DNA from: the human T2T-CHM13v2.0 reference genome, Homo sapiens
Direction: 5' to 3' (one strand)
DNA: 64,000 nucleotides
Assembly: GCF_009914755.1 (NCBI RefSeq)
Contig: NC_060930.1
The notes below the pieces were generated by a model that had not been told where the DNA came from, ran no database searches, and saw nothing but the letters and a program-made list of their open reading frames with translations. Position numbers and translations under genes: made by a program. Positions 1-14,520 of the stretch are shown here, piece after piece (the stretch's first letter is position 1; each line of letters begins with the position of its first letter).

Positions 1-1
1 T

Positions 2-802
<801 letters not shown>

Positions 803-1949
803 GATCAAATGAGGTAATACTCCTTTAATTAAAAACTGTTATAATTAAAATGTCACAGCTTTTCCTGATTCTTACAATTAAAGTCTGTTAGCCTCATTCT
901 GGGGAAAGATGATGAATTTTAATTTTTCAATGAATGATGCAGTATGTGAAGCTATGAATGTGGAAGGCAGTGACGTTAACACACAAGATCACTGCTGTCA
1001 CTTTTCCTGAGGGCCTGAGCCATGAGCTGCTGCTCTTCATAGCACAGATATAGGTCAGCAGTTCTAGGACTGTGACCCAGTCCCTTAACTCCTTGCAGGA
1101 GAGGCAGGGACATACAAAAAAATAAAACTGTGGCTGGTAGATGTGGTGGAAGAGAAAAGTAAGACGGGGAGACAAAAGGGAGGGGGCAGTGGTCTTGTCG
1201 AGAGAGGCTTGGAGCTGCATGTTGTCACCCAGATCTATAGTGTCTTAGCTTTGGGCATGCTTTTAAGAGGTGGGGGCAAGAACTATATGGACAGTGAAAC
1301 CCTGCCATGCATGCAAGTGAAGTCTGAAAATTTCAATTGTCCTAATGTGAGTGGATAAAACCATTTTTTCAGTCTGTATTCTCACAAAAAGCACAGAAAT
1401 AAAGTGAAACTTATATACAACTGACTATACAAGGAACTCAAAGTTTCAGATGATCAAGGCTATCTCTTCCTAAGGCCTCCATGCCCACCCTTCCTAACTT
1501 TCCGTCTCCCCAGGAAGACAACATCTTCCCACCCTTTGAGGGCAGGGCTGCTCTGAGGATGGGAACCATTCACAGTGTAGCCAAATTTCTCTTATCCATG
1601 TTGGCTCCACTACTGGGTGTGTTACTGGGAGTTTACCATGGGTGTAGGGATGAACTGGGTGGAGCTCTGTTCTTCCCATTGCCTCCTCTGTCACTCTCCC
1701 AGAATCCTCTGAGGCCCTTGAGCCTTTCCGGTGGTGGCATTGTGGTTGTTTTCCGGGTTGATGGCCTTCCTCTATCCAGTCTTCTGGGCTCATGTTTGTT
1801 TAACTCATTTATTCATTAACTCATTTGTTCACCAAATGGGCACCTGTCCTGTGCAAAGCAGGTGCTATGAGCTAGAGCTACAAACAGAAATAAACACAAG
1901 CTCTTGCTGGCTCTTTGAGAATTCACCATCTTTAAAAGTACAAATACAA

Positions 1950-2190
1950 GGACATATCAAGCATTTAGTGTGCACCAAATGCTGCTCCAAACATTTGATA
2001 TGTGATGACTCAATGGATTGTCACAACCCCCTTGAAATAAATAATGTTGTCATTCCCATTTGATGCAAGAGGAACTGAAGCCCAGAGAGGAGAAGCAACT
2101 TGCCCTACATCACACAGCTTCTAAGTAGAGGAACCAGGATTCAAACCGGACCTTCTGGCCCTTGACCGTGAGTTCTTCACCACTCTGCCC
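1950..2190 (-). mobile_element. MIR fragment (L2-like fragment just upstream at ~1790-1900)
   Basis: CCCATTTGATGCAAGAGGAACTGAAGCCCAGAGAGG...ATTCAAACC resembles the MIR core; boundaries approximate. Confidence 0.55.
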
Positions 2191-2693
2191 AGACTCTACT
2201 GTCTCTCACCAAACCCCAGGACAAGGTAGGGCTGCTCTGGGACATGTATAACAGAATGTGGCAAAAAGTTTTGGGAAAAGAACTTTCCCTGGGAAGTCCT
2301 TTGAAACAGCACAGAGAATGTTGACACGCAACAGCTTAATGGGTGGACAACTGGGGGCAGAGGCAGTGGTCACGTCAGGGCCCCACCTGTTCTAAGGCTG
2401 TGGGAGTACTGGGGCATCTCCAGGGAGCAGCAGCAATTGTACCTTTGGGAGAGGAGGCAGTGATGTCTTAGCGGCTTCAGTAGCTGTGGGAGGAAGGAAC
2501 ACCTGCAATACCAGACACCATGGGAAGGCTGCAGCGCCCCTGCGTGGCATGGGGGTGCAGGGACCTGGGCAGCCAGGGGATTATGAGCATTTGTGAGATC
2601 TACCTGTGGTCCCAAGATGTACCTGAGAGACTCCTTGGAAAGGAGCAAGGATGCCCCAAGTTGAGAGGTGGAAAAGAGCAAGAGCCCCACTAT

Positions 2694-3038
<345 letters not shown>

Positions 3039-3602
3039 AAGCCCAATTATTTCTAACTGGTCATTTTGCCCCAAGCTTAGTGAGACCTATGGAAATACAG
3101 TTTGTGTCTAGAATTTCAAGTTCCACCCTATGGAATTGTTCTGCTTTCTTCAGAGACCTGAGCACAGAAGCTTATATGAAATTAAGTGGCACCCACAGTG
3201 ACAAGAGAAGAGCAAATGGCATAGAAGCAACATTGCCTCTCCTCCAGCCTGAAACCCTCAATGTCTAAATGGGGAAACTGAGCCACTGGGTGACTTCCAA
3301 ATCACCAAGTCAGGACCCTCACCTCTTGCCTGTGTTCTTTCATCTGCATTTGATGCGATATATCATCAGACCACAGCCTCCTTGGGGGCAGGATAATTCC
3401 TTACCTTTCTTTGTGTCTACCTCAGCACTAACACACGCCTAGTATTGAATGTTCAAGGAAAACATGCTGAATGGATGCATGACTGGCGGTTGTTCTAGAA
3501 GAAGTACAGCCAGAGAAGTGTGTGCCTGTGGCTACTTGTTGTGGCCTGAGCTCTCATCTGTTCTCAGCCTGTGTATGTGGCAGGCAGGCATGGAACAGCA
3601 GC

Positions 3603-3730
3603 CACCACAGCAGTCCTCTAGCCACTGGAAAGATCTTACCTCCTAGAAAGTTCTGGTTTAGCAATTTACCTTGCACTTCCAGGAAAAAGCTTCATGAAAG
3701 AAAGGGGTTTTGGTCTCTTTTCTTGGCTGA
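3603..3730 (+). repeat. Local direct repeat, copy 1 (128 bp; partner 4147-4274)
   Basis: Ungapped manual alignment to 4147-4274, about 13 mismatches. Confidence 0.92.
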
Positions 3731-3738
3731 GACTCTGA

Positions 3739-3940
3739 CCTGACTGTTCAGAAGGCTGCTGCAGGAGTGTTATCATCAGCAGACTGCTCACAAAGTCGCT
3801 GTGTTTGTCGTCCAAGGGGGTCACGTGACTGTGGGAGCACATGCATTTCCAAGTCAAGCTGTGGAAAATTTGCTAGGGAGAAATGGAAATACTCAGGCAG
3901 TTTCTTCATAATACACAACAAAAATACAGAAAGCCCCTTG
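3739..3940 (+). repeat. Local inverted repeat, arm 1 (~200 bp; partner 6206-6404)
   Basis: Reverse complement of 6206-6404 with about 14 substitutions and a 3-bp indel; ORFs 3767+ and 6149- give near-identical translations. Confidence 0.93.
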
Positions 3941-4146
3941 GCTATATTTTTTATGGGTAGAGATTATTTCTCCACTTTTTATTTTTAACTATATCTAGTA
4001 AATCAAATCTTGCTCATGGATTTTTTTTTTTTTAACAACCAGTGAGTGCTGATAGGTGGAAGGAGAGTAACTAGGAATTTAGGAGATGTAGGTTTAACAT
4101 CTCCTAAATTACCACCATTGTCACCTACTTGTGGTGTGACCTTGGG

Positions 4147-4274
4147 CACCACAGTGGTCCTTTGGCCACTGGAAGGATCTTACCTCCTAGAAAGTTCTGA
4201 TTTAGCAATTCACCTTGCAATTCCAGGAACATGCTTCATGAAAGAAAGGGGTTTTGGTCTCTGAGCTTGGCTGA
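4147..4274 (+). repeat. Local direct repeat, copy 2
   Basis: Matches 3603-3730 at roughly 90%. Confidence 0.92.
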
Positions 4275-4750
4275 ATTAGCAAATTCTTATGTGTGGCTTA
4301 GAGTTTCTTCTTCAATTTCAGTGCTTCCTTCAGATCTTTTTTCCTAAAAATTACTTGTCAGTTTAGCTTGATTCTGACCTGTTGCTGCAATATATGTCTC
4401 AGTAACCTGAAAAAAAAAAAAAACTCTGTTTCAACCAGTGATCTTGGCTCTGCCTCCCTCTGCGGGAGCCAGATTTATTTTTGCTCACGGAGTGTTTTTC
4501 CTTCCCTCCCTGTTTAGTGGTTTATTTGCTGCCATTAAGTACACATTAAGCACAGTTTTGTGGTTTGAGTGTTTTTTTTTTTTTTTCTTATTTAGCCAAT
4601 ATCATTCAGTTCTGGGAAGCAAAGATGCTCATGATGTTGGTTTGAGCCCAGGAAATTCAGTGGGGGTTGGGGGGAATGTCCTAATTCATACAATTACTGT
4701 ATTAACAGCCTTTCAGTAAGTTGCTATTAAAAAAAAAAAAAAAAAAAGTC

Positions 4751-5049
<299 letters not shown>

Positions 5050-5661
5050 GTCACCCGGGTGCAATGGTGTACTCCTGCACTCCAGCTACTCAGGAGGCTG
5101 AGGTGGAAGGATGGCTTGAACCCAGGATTTCTGAGCTTTAGAGGGGCCAGGAATTCACAAGGTCAAGAGGATGTGTGCGCTCAGAGCCAGTGTGCTCCCC
5201 TTCTGGGCCAGGCACCAGGTATATGGGACCCAGTATTCCCTATCCCAGTAGCCCTGGGCTCACTTCTGGGCCCTGAGTGGGCCCCTTCCCCAAGGCATCC
5301 TCCCACCCTGACCCCTGTGCTGGTGCTTGTACCCCTGAGGCTAAGGGGTGGCTGATGGTGGCCATTTACAGGTGTGTGGGCATGCATGTTGGGTTGTCCA
5401 CATGTGTGGGCTCTGAAAGCAAGGGTGAGATGATGCATAGGCCAGCCCTTGAAGGTCATTCAGGCATGGCACTGAGATTTTAAATTTGAACCTGGCCCTT
5501 CCACGGTGTCCTGAGATATATTTGTCAAAATAGAAAGAACATACTTTACTTGGCAGTTTATTTACTTGATTTATAACTCCTCAAAAGTTGGAGGCACGGT
5601 ATGTGGCCTTCCTTTGTATTCCTTCCCCAGTTTGCAAATGTTAGGAGTGGCCCGTGAAGGT

Positions 5662-6130
5662 TGAGAACCCAGAAAATCTGAGACAGGTCTCAGTTACTTT
5701 AGAAAGTTTATTTTGCCAAGGTTAAGGACACATGCCTCTGACAGCCTCAGGAGGTCCTGATGACATGTACCCAAGGTGGTCAGAGCACAGTTTGGTTTTA
5801 TACATTCTAGGGAGATATGAGACATCAATCAACATATGTAAAATGAACATTGGTTCGGTCCAGAAAGGCAGGACAACTCAAAGTGAAAGTGGGACAACTC
5901 AAAGCGGGGAGGGGGCTTCCAGGTCACAGGTAGGTGAGAGACAAACAGTTGCATTCTTTGAGTTTCTGATTAGCCTCTCCAAAGGAGGCAATCAGATATG
6001 CATTTATCTCAGGGAGCAGAGGGTTGACTTTGAATAGAATGGGAGGCAGGTTGGCCCTAAGTAGTTCCCAGCTTGACTTTTCCCTTTAGCTTAGTGATTT
6101 GGGGGCCCCAAAATTTATTTTTCTTTCACA
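5662..6130 (-). mobile_element. Solo MER4A1 LTR
   Basis: TG...CA termini; TSD AGGT (5658-5661 / 6131-6134); typical MER4 sequence. Confidence 0.85.
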
Positions 6131-6205
6131 AGGTTTAGAGTTCAGTGCTCAGGTGTACACAGTGCTGCATATGTAAAATACACAGCCCAGCCTGTCCTCG
6201 CATGT

Positions 6206-6404
6206 CAAGGGGCTTTCTGCATTTTTGTTGTGTATTATGAAGAAGGTGCCTGAGTATTTCCATTTCTCCCTAGCAGATTTTCCACTGCCTGACTTGGAAA
6301 TGCATGTGCTCCCATGGTCACGTGGCCCCCTTGGATGAACACAGTGACTTTGTGAGCAGTCTGCTGATGCTGACACTCCTGCAGCAGCCTTCTGAGCAGT
6401 CAGG
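6206..6404 (-). repeat. Local inverted repeat, arm 2
   Basis: Reverse complement of 3739-3940. Confidence 0.93.
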
Positions 6405-6651
6405 GGAGTATGAACAAGATATGCTTCTTTTGTGAAAAAAATTTCTAAAAGCACATGCTTCCTCGGCACTTACTCATTCTTCCTTTGAGTCCATGTAGGT
6501 GCTTATTTCACGGTATTTTGCAGAAATTTGTTTATATTCCTGTCTCCCCTCCTAGGTTCTGAGCTCTTCAAAAACGGGTACTGTGTCTTGGTTCTCTTTA
6601 GATTTCCAGCACCCAGCTCTGTGCTCCACAGACAGATAATGAGCATCATGG

Positions 6652-7420
6652 TGCGATATAATAAATAAGATATATATTTAGTCTTTCTCTCTGGTTGCTG
6701 GCTCAGAGCTCTTAAAACCTCCGAATTTCCTGAGTGGTAGGAATGTCTTTTGTCTGCTAGTGAGTGGACTCAAGGGGTGGGGTAGCAGCGGTTATAGCTT
6801 CAGGGTGGCGGCTGATCACCAGAAAAATCAATCACATGATTAGAGGGTTAGAATGTTCAGCTCTACACTTCACCGCCCCCATGAAGGGGAGAGGCGTTGG
6901 AGTTGAGTTCAATCACCAATGGTCAATGATTCGATCAATCATGTCTAAGTAATGAGGTTTTGATTGACACTATGAGCCTAAGGGAACATCTGGGTTGATG
7001 AACACATCCACATGCTGCGCAGGGGTGTACCCCATCACTCCCCTGATACTGTGCCCCATGAGTCTCTTCCATTTGGCTGTTCCAGAGTTTATCCTTGATA
7101 ATAAACCAGTCATTGTAATTAAAGTGCTTTCCTGAGTTCTGTGAATTGTTCTAGCAGATTACCAACCCTGAAGTGGAGACATGGGAGCCCCCAAATGTGT
7201 CTCCAGGTTAGACAGAAGTGTAGGTAGCCTGGGGACCTGGGACTTGTGACTGGCGTCTGAAGTGAGGGCAGTCTTGTAGTACTGAGCCCTTAAGCTGTGG
7301 GGCCTGCACTGTTTCCGGATACTTAGTGTCAGAATTGAATTGAATTGTTTAACACCCAGTTGGTATGAGAGAATTGGTTGGTCTTGGGACACTATATTTG
7401 TTGTTGAAAAATACCACCAC
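6652..7420 (+). mobile_element. MER21-family LTR
   Basis: GGCTCAGAGCTCTTAAAACC...GACTTGTGACTGGCGTCTGAAGTG motifs; boundaries approximate. Confidence 0.65.
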
Positions 7421-7629
7421 GTATGTACTAGACTAATAATTGAGGCAAAGCATAAAGCCTGAATTGGCTCTAACTGCAGAATTTACTCCAATTTTGTTAA
7501 ATATTAAGAATTATATGGCAGTTTAACATTCCTTCTGTTGAAAGATAGGGTCCATGTCCCTTCCCTTGGATGTGAACAAGTTTATAACTGTTTTAACCAA
7601 GAATGTGTAGTGGAAGTGACACCATTTAC

Positions 7630-7972
7630 CGTCATGGGTGACAATTGGCTGGGGCCAGTGTTGCAGGTGGTAAAATAATTTACCAAAACAATAATGAGTT
7701 AAAAAGGCTAGTTTATTAGAAAGAAAGCACATTGCAAAGAAGCAACCGGCCACACAGCAGAGAAGGGGCTGCCTGCAATGCAACAGGGGCTGGAGGGAAG
7801 TTTTATAGGGTCGTGCTGGAGGGGTTATGTGCAGATAGGATCATGCTGATGGGGCCATGTGCAGAGTGAGGTATTTGAAAACAGATGTTTTTGGTTAGCT
7901 GTCTCTTAGAACAATTGCTTTCCTCCACCAAAGGCCTCTACTTCATTGTTGCTAACTTATCAGGACTCCACA
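7630..7972 (-). mobile_element. Solo ERVL LTR, LTR47B-like
   Basis: Ends ...CAGGACTCCACA; 5-bp TSD TTTAC (7625-7629 / 7973-7977). Confidence 0.7.
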
Positions 7973-8361
7973 TTTACTTCCAAGGCTAGGTCATAAAAGG
8001 TCATGCAGCTTCCATCTGGTTCTTTCTTAGAATGCTTGCTCTGAGGATCCCTTTTGGAATCCAGTTGCCATACTGTGAGACACCCCAGCTACAAGGCAGA
8101 GCCATGTGCAGGTGTTCTGGTCAAGCGTCTCAGCTGAGCCAGACCATTAAGTCATCCCTGCCAGGTGCCAGCCATGTGAACACAGAAGCCTCCAGATGTT
8201 TCCAGCCCCCAGATGTTTGAGACACCCTAACCATTCAACTTCCCAGCTGAGGCCCCAGAATCCTGAAGCAGAGACATGCCAACCAAATTCCTGGCCCACA
8301 AAATTTATGGGCATTATCTCCTGACTTTTGTTTTATACCAGTGTACTTGGGGTAGCTTTTC

Positions 8362-8672
8362 TTTTTTTTATTTTTATTTTTATTTTACTTTAAGTTCTGG
8401 GATACATGTGCAGAACATGCAGGTTTGTTAATAGGTATACATGTGCCATGGTTGTTTGCTGCACCCATCAACCCATCATCTAGGATTTAAGCCCCGCATG
8501 CATTAGGTATTTGTCCTAATGTTCTCCCTCCCCTTCCCCCCACCGCCCCCTGACAGGTCCCGGTGTGTGATGTTCCCCTCCCTGTGTCTCTGTGTTATCA
8601 TTGTTCAACTCCCACTTATGAGCGAGAACATGCAGTGTTTGGTTTTCTGTTCCTGTGTTAGTTTGCTGAGAA
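8362..8672 (-). mobile_element. 5'-truncated L1PA8-like 3' end
   Basis: L1 3'UTR text; TSD TGGGGTAGCTTTTC (8348-8361 / 8673-8686). Confidence 0.88.
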
Positions 8673-10589
8673 TGGGGTAGCTTTTCACAGGAATAGTAAC
8701 CAGAACACATGTCCTCAACATTGTGTAATGACCAGCTGTTTAAAACTCATTTTCTTTACTTTAAGTTATTCTATTTAAGGGCCATTATATTGCAAATGTA
8801 TATAAAAATTAGGCTCTCAGAATTCTGTTAATTGTTAATTATTGAAAGAAGGGTTTTTTTAATGCAATAAATTATGGTTTTACAGGATGCATGGAAATAT
8901 TTTTCATGCATGGCAATTATCTTACTACATAAATATTTCTACACAGCTCTGATTATTCCCTTAGATAAATTCCTAGAGATGGATCTGCTGGGTCAAGTGG
9001 CATGCATGTTTTAGAGATCACTGATTCACATGACCAGGTTATCAAAACCTGCTTCTCATTCAACGCCCTTCCTCTTCCAGGCTTGGGGACTGCCCTGGGG
9101 TGGGGATTTGGCCTGCTCTTTCCTGCCTCCTCCTCCCCCTCACTCTGCTGCTTCCAAGTCCTCCAGAGCAGGGGTTAGGGAGGGGTGGAAAAGATAGGAA
9201 AAGGACAAAAGTCTGTTTACCTGGCATGGTCATCTCTTGGGGTTTCATGTCCTCCAAGTGTTAGACATGAATACACTAGGTCTCTTGTGGAGCACTTGGG
9301 AAAGTCCTTTGGGATGTCTTTGGGATGCCTCCCTCAACATAGGTGCCTCACAGGGAACATGTGCTTCTATTGCCCCTGCTCCCCAACTCCAGCCCATGCT
9401 AGAGAACCCCAGAGGCTCTTGCTGCCAGTCTGTCTCCCTGTAGGGAGTCATATCCAGGCAGGGTGTCAGCAAAGGTGGCACAAGCCTGGCTTCCTTCCAC
9501 GGTGTCCACTTGGCCACGGGCAACTCATGCATCCCTATCATACCAAATAAGGTGGAGGTGGGGGCAAGAGCAAGTGCTTCCTCTCTTTGTGGTGCCATCT
9601 CTAGCCAGTTCCTTTTTTTTCTGCTCAACTGATAGAGAATCTGAATCAGCAATACACTCTTTAAGCAAATGTTCAGAAAATGAGATGCCTGTCTCTCTTC
9701 AATACTCCCAAACTCTATGATTCATCTGGATCAGGGCCTGGGGAGCATTTTCCCCTAGGTCAGAAACTCCCTAATTCCTCCAGTTTTCATATCTTGGGCT
9801 CATAGAGACTTCAGTGAGAGTGGGCATGGGGCCGGGGAGAGGAGGCTGAGCACTGTGGGGTTGGGCTGGAGTGTGGAATTGACCATAGCATGGAGAGTCG
9901 GGCAGGGCCTCTATGCTTTGCCTCTTTGCTTTATGACCAATAGTCAAACAACAGAAGTTTTGTTTGAGATTGTCTTATAGTGATTGGTTTAATAATCATA
10001 GAATATTCTCCACGATGGATACAATGTAGCCATTCAAAATCCAAGGACAACTTAATGGGAAATATTTATTGATATGCACATATTGATACATATGTAATGA
10101 TGTATTGCTGAAGGAGTAATGTATGTGCCCAAACCACATAATTCCCCATTTATAAAATACATAGTATATATTTATAGATGCATAGAAAAAAATTATTAGA
10201 AGAACAGTCACCAAACCATTTTCTCAGAAGGATAAAATTATTGGTGATTTCTTCTCTGTGCTTTTTGGGGTTTTCAAATTTCTATGATGAGTACCTGTTA
10301 CTCTGATAAACTTAAAAATTGTTTCTGAAATATAAAACTAAATGTTAAACCTCCTCTTTATCCACACTCTCCTACAAATGTTCTTTCTCTTTAATACCTT
10401 TTGGGTTTTCAATATCAAGGGAGCTGTTCTCCTTCAAAGCAAGTGAAGGAGCAGAAATAAAATCCACATGTGCTGCTGCTAAATTCTCCACAGTCAGCAA
10501 GAGCACGCAGGTGCAAGGCCCACGGCAGCAGAGGCCAGCGGAGTTCAGACAAGGCAGCCACAGCAGCAAGGGTTTCAGGAAGAGTCCCT

Positions 10590-10720
10590 GGAGTGGTGGC
10601 TTGCATCCTAGGTTGCACATTGGAACCACCTGGCATACTTTAAAAACTACTCATGCCTAAGGCAGCAGGATTTTAAAAACCAGAGTGATGCTAGTGTGCA
10701 GCCAAGATTAGGAACCCTTG
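10590..10720. mobile_element. MER5-type hAT MITE fragment
   Basis: TGCACATTGGAACCACCTGG...GTGATGCTAGTGTGCAGCCAAGATTAGGAACC. Confidence 0.55.
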
Positions 10721-10874
10721 CCAGAGAGTGGGAGCCTCACCTGATTTCCAGGCACCTTCTCCAGGAGTTTCCTGTGTCTTCTCTTACGTGAATTGTCTGA
10801 AAGCATTTGATTACAAATGCAGTCTCCAAAATTATAACTCAAAGTAGGGGGCAAGAAAAAAGAGTTTTAGGCCA

Positions 10875-11245
10875 TATGCTGGATTGAATAGTGTCCCCCA
10901 AAAGATTTATATCCACCTGGAACCTTATAATATGACCCTGTTTGGAAATAGGGTCTTTGCAGAGGTAATGAAGTGAAGACAAGGTCATACTGGAACCGAT
11001 TAAGGTAAATCCCAAAGCGAATGACTGGCGCCCTCATAAGAAGAGGGAGATTTGAAGGCACACAGACACACAGTGGGAAGAAGGCCATGTGAAGATGGAG
11101 GCAGGAATCCATCTGCCATGATGCAACTACAAGCCAAGGAATGCTCAGAACTGCCAGCCCCATCAGAAGCTAGAAGAGAGGCATGGAGTACATTCTCTCA
11201 GAGCCTCTGGAAGGATCAATCCTGTTGACATCTTGATTTTATTAC
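10875..11245 (+). mobile_element. MLT1B/C MaLR LTR
   Basis: TTGAATAGTGTCCCCCAAAA...GGAAATAGGGTCTTTGCAGA...GGCCATGTGAAGATGGAGGC. Confidence 0.75.
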
Positions 11246-12024
11246 AGCAGCCCTGGGAAACTGCTAGTTTCAGAACTGTTTCAGAAGTCTGACCCCAGAA
11301 GCAGTGAAACGATGCTCTGCAAGAGGTAACAGACTCATCAGTGCAGCCTTTACTGGACCTCAAAGGACTCTGTCTTGCATGCCCACTTTTGTTTGTGTGC
11401 ATAGAAAAAAAAATGCATCTTACACCATCCATGTCAATTTTTTTTCAATTATGTGTACACAGGACCTATTTGGTTGGCAAGGTGGAAAAAACCCCCACAC
11501 TATACATTTTGTTCCATTGCTTTTCCTAGCTCAGTCAGGAGACCTTTCTTATTAGATTCACTCACTTTATAACTAATAATAATTGCCAGCTTTTGAAAAG
11601 CAATTACTTCTAAGTAAAACAAGCACTTCTCTGAAAGAGTCAGATAAAGCTGTGCATACTGTAAATAAGACACTCTATGAGTAGGAGTTTGCTATTTCTG
11701 CTTCAATCTTGGAAAATTTCTTTCATTGACACTATCTTTAATAGAGAAAGGGAGATGATGAGGCCTTATGTGGTCATTTACTTTATTCTCCAGCTTTCCA
11801 GTGGACAGCACGAATTATGTAAATTAAGTTGCATTCAACTGAATAATTAATTATCACATGCCCTAGATCTATAATAGGGGCTGGGAATGCCAAGTGACCA
11901 CCACCCTTAGGAAAACCATAGGAGTGGTAGACAAGTAACAACACATTAGATAGAGCACAGAGCAGGAGCTCAAAGCAGAAGAAATACATTGGAGCTAGAG
12001 GGACCATGGAATGACTTTCCTATT

Positions 12025-12568
12025 AGATGGTGAATTGTACATGAATGTTTATCTGCTCTGTCCTGAAAAATGCACTAAAATGAGAGAAGAGCAATAAAAA
12101 TAAATATACATAAACCCAAAAGGACCAAGAGAATTGGGGAAGACACCACAATGAATGAAAACCACCATTGGATTTGGTAGGATGGAAACTAAATGAAGTA
12201 GAGGAACGGAAAAATCTGACTACAAAGTGTCTGCAGAGGTGATATTGATCAGAGAAACCAGCTCCACCCAAAGAGAGGGTGGAGAACTGGAGACACATAA
12301 GCTATCAGAGGTCATGATGGGCATAAAGTGAAAAACAAGAGGTTTTGGTTGAAGTTCTGTTTTAAGTAGATGTTAGACCCCAGGTTGTTCACCATCCGGA
12401 GCAGCTAGGAGGCCACTCCTCCCTACCCAAGTAGAGACTTACTCTTGGAGAGGAGGAGCCAGAGGGGCTCCACAGCACAGAGTGGGGCAAAGTGCCATAC
12501 TGAGGGCACTTGACCTGCTGAACTGGAAGACTCCCAGCCCTCTTTGCCCCGCATCCCAAGGGTGCAGA
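12025..12568 (+). mobile_element. Ancient L1/HAL1-like fragment, possibly the outermost host; similar text at ~20152-20635 and ~33124-33330
   Basis: A-rich, highly diverged LINE-like sequence; weak recognition only. Confidence 0.3.
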
Positions 12569-13360
12569 TGAGACAGCCCGGTGGGAGGGGGTCCCTGGAG
12601 TAACTCCAGCCAGGTGCCCACTGAGGTGGAGCCTGGGGAAGTTCAGGACATTTGCAGCAGGGAGGAGCCTGGCCCCTCCTCTTCCTGGGTGGAACCTGGG
12701 ATTCAAGCAGCTGGAGGGAAGTGCTCTAGCAGAGGGACTCTGGTCTTGCGAGGGTCCCTGTTTCCCCCTTTTCTTCCTTTTTACCCAATAAAACCCTGTT
12801 GTACTCACCATTTACATTGTCTGCCAGCCTGAATTTGTGTGGCCATGGGACTGTGCACCCAGAATATCTGAGACAGGTCGTAGTTAATTTAGAAAGTTTA
12901 TTTTGCCAAGGTTGAGGAGGCACCCGTGACAGAGCCTCAGGAAATCCTGACGACATGTGCCCAAGGTGGTCAGGGCACAGCTTGGTTTTATACACTTAGG
13001 GAGACAAGACACATCAATCAATATATGTAAGAAGTACATTGGATTGGTCGGAAAAGGCGGGACAACTTAAAGTCAAAGCAGGAAGACTGGGAGCGGGGAA
13101 GGAGCTTCCAGGTCAGAGATAGGTGATACACAAATGGTTACATTCTTTTGAGTTTCTGATTAGCCTTCCCAAAGGAGGCAAATCGGATATGCATCTATCT
13201 CAGTGAGCAGAGAAGTGACTCTGAATAGAATGGAAGGCAGGTTTGCCCTAAGCAGTTTCCGGCTTGAGTTTTCCTTAGTGATTTTGGGAGCCCAGGGTAT
13301 TTTTCTTTCACAGGAAAAAGAACCCCGTTTTTAGCTGAACTTAGGAAAAGTCCTGCAACA
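12569..13360 (+). mobile_element. MER61A-like 5' LTR, interrupted by MER4A1
   Basis: TGAGACAGCC...TCCTGCAACA, followed by PBS-like TGGTGCGCAACTTGGGGG (degenerate tRNA-Lys PBS, ~13365-13382). Confidence 0.8.
12852..13312 (-). mobile_element. Solo MER4A1 LTR inside the MER61 LTR
   Basis: TG...CA termini; TSD GGAC/GGAA (12848-12851 / 13313-13316). Confidence 0.85.
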
Positions 13361-14029
13361 TTTTTGGTGCGCAACTTGGGGGCTCCAGAAGCCGCAAGTG
13401 AAATGAGGACTCAAAGTCTCTCACTCTTGCTCTTAAGCCTTTTCGTCCTCAGACCCTCGGACTTTTGAGGGTGGGGGAAACCATGCCGTCAACCCTCATT
13501 GCTCTGGGGCCTCTTCATGGCCTTTTCCTTCCTTTTTCAGGACAGATTGGAGAGCAGCAGCTCCCCACCGCTCTCCCCTCCCTGCTGGGGCTGAAACACA
13601 TGACCCAAGGTTCCAGGGGCGGCTGGCTGGCGTTTTCCCCCAAGAGCCGCTGGAGTCTCTTTTTCTGGCTAAGAGATTCAGCTCCATTGGACAGTAATTA
13701 AACTTTTCTCCCTGGTGGAGGAACCACTTGCAAAAGAATAAGCGATTCTTCCCCAGGCATTTTTAAGCCTTTTCTTTCCCCTTCTCTACCCCATCAGCAA
13801 GTTAACTTTTAAAAGGATTTTTCTTTCTCTTAGAAGATATTGTACTAGGCTAGGACCCCCCAACTATCACTGTATTCTCTGCAAAGTTTTGGTGGTGGAA
13901 TCAAGCCTCCATCTTGTTTTACATCCGGAGGGCATGGCTGGTAACCTCTTGGCAAGGCTTTGTTTGGCAATCCTGCCAGAGGGGATGAGCCCTCTCATGT
14001 TCCATATCTGCATGTTTTCCTAGCCCTGT

Positions 14030-14520
14030 TGGAACAGGAATTAAAAGAAATTAAACAGTGTGTAAGCAGAAACTCAATTGTATGTAAGAAAACCCAGTTC
14101 CCCCTGAGAAAGAGAAAGAGCTGGAGTCCTTTAAAAATTAACTGCCTGTTTTTCTGTGGCTAATGAGCCTTGTCTCTCCTCCTTTCCTAGGCATTGTGAA
14201 GAGCCTGTTTCCCTAGCTGTGCAGCTGCAAGGTCACTAGACAGATAAACGCAAGTCATAAGACATGTTTTTCCTTGAAAAGTAAGAAATGATGTAATGCA
14301 TGTTTCAATTAACTGGATAACTGCCTGTGTTTCTCACTTCTGTAGTATGCTTCCCCCTGCACAGATCTCCCCCCGCCCCACGAAATACTTAAAAGGTAAC
14401 TTAACTCTTTGTTCAGGGCTCAGTCCTTTGGATGTTAATCCGACTGGGCTGGTGCACCTAAATAATAAATATCCTCCTGAACCCCATCAGTCTCTCTGAT
14501 TCCTTAAAAATCCCGCAACA
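14030..14520 (+). mobile_element. Solo ERV1 LTR, LTR15-like
   Basis: TG...CA termini; TSD CTGT (14026-14029 / 14521-14524). Confidence 0.72.

Larger units (their letters stand above)
7507..8707 (+). mobile_element. MLT1 (MaLR) LTR hosting LTR47B and L1PA8 insertions
   Basis: MLT1G/H-like text resumes after each insertion and ends ...GTAACCAGAACA. Confidence 0.6.

Noticed and set aside
5135-5655. Possible old hAT-Tip100-like DNA transposon
   Set aside because: Only vague resemblance; TIRs and TSD could not be defined
5662-13312. Two same-orientation MER4A1 LTRs as the ends of one provirus
   Set aside because: Each has its own distinct TSD and no internal ERV sequence lies between them; they are independent solo LTRs
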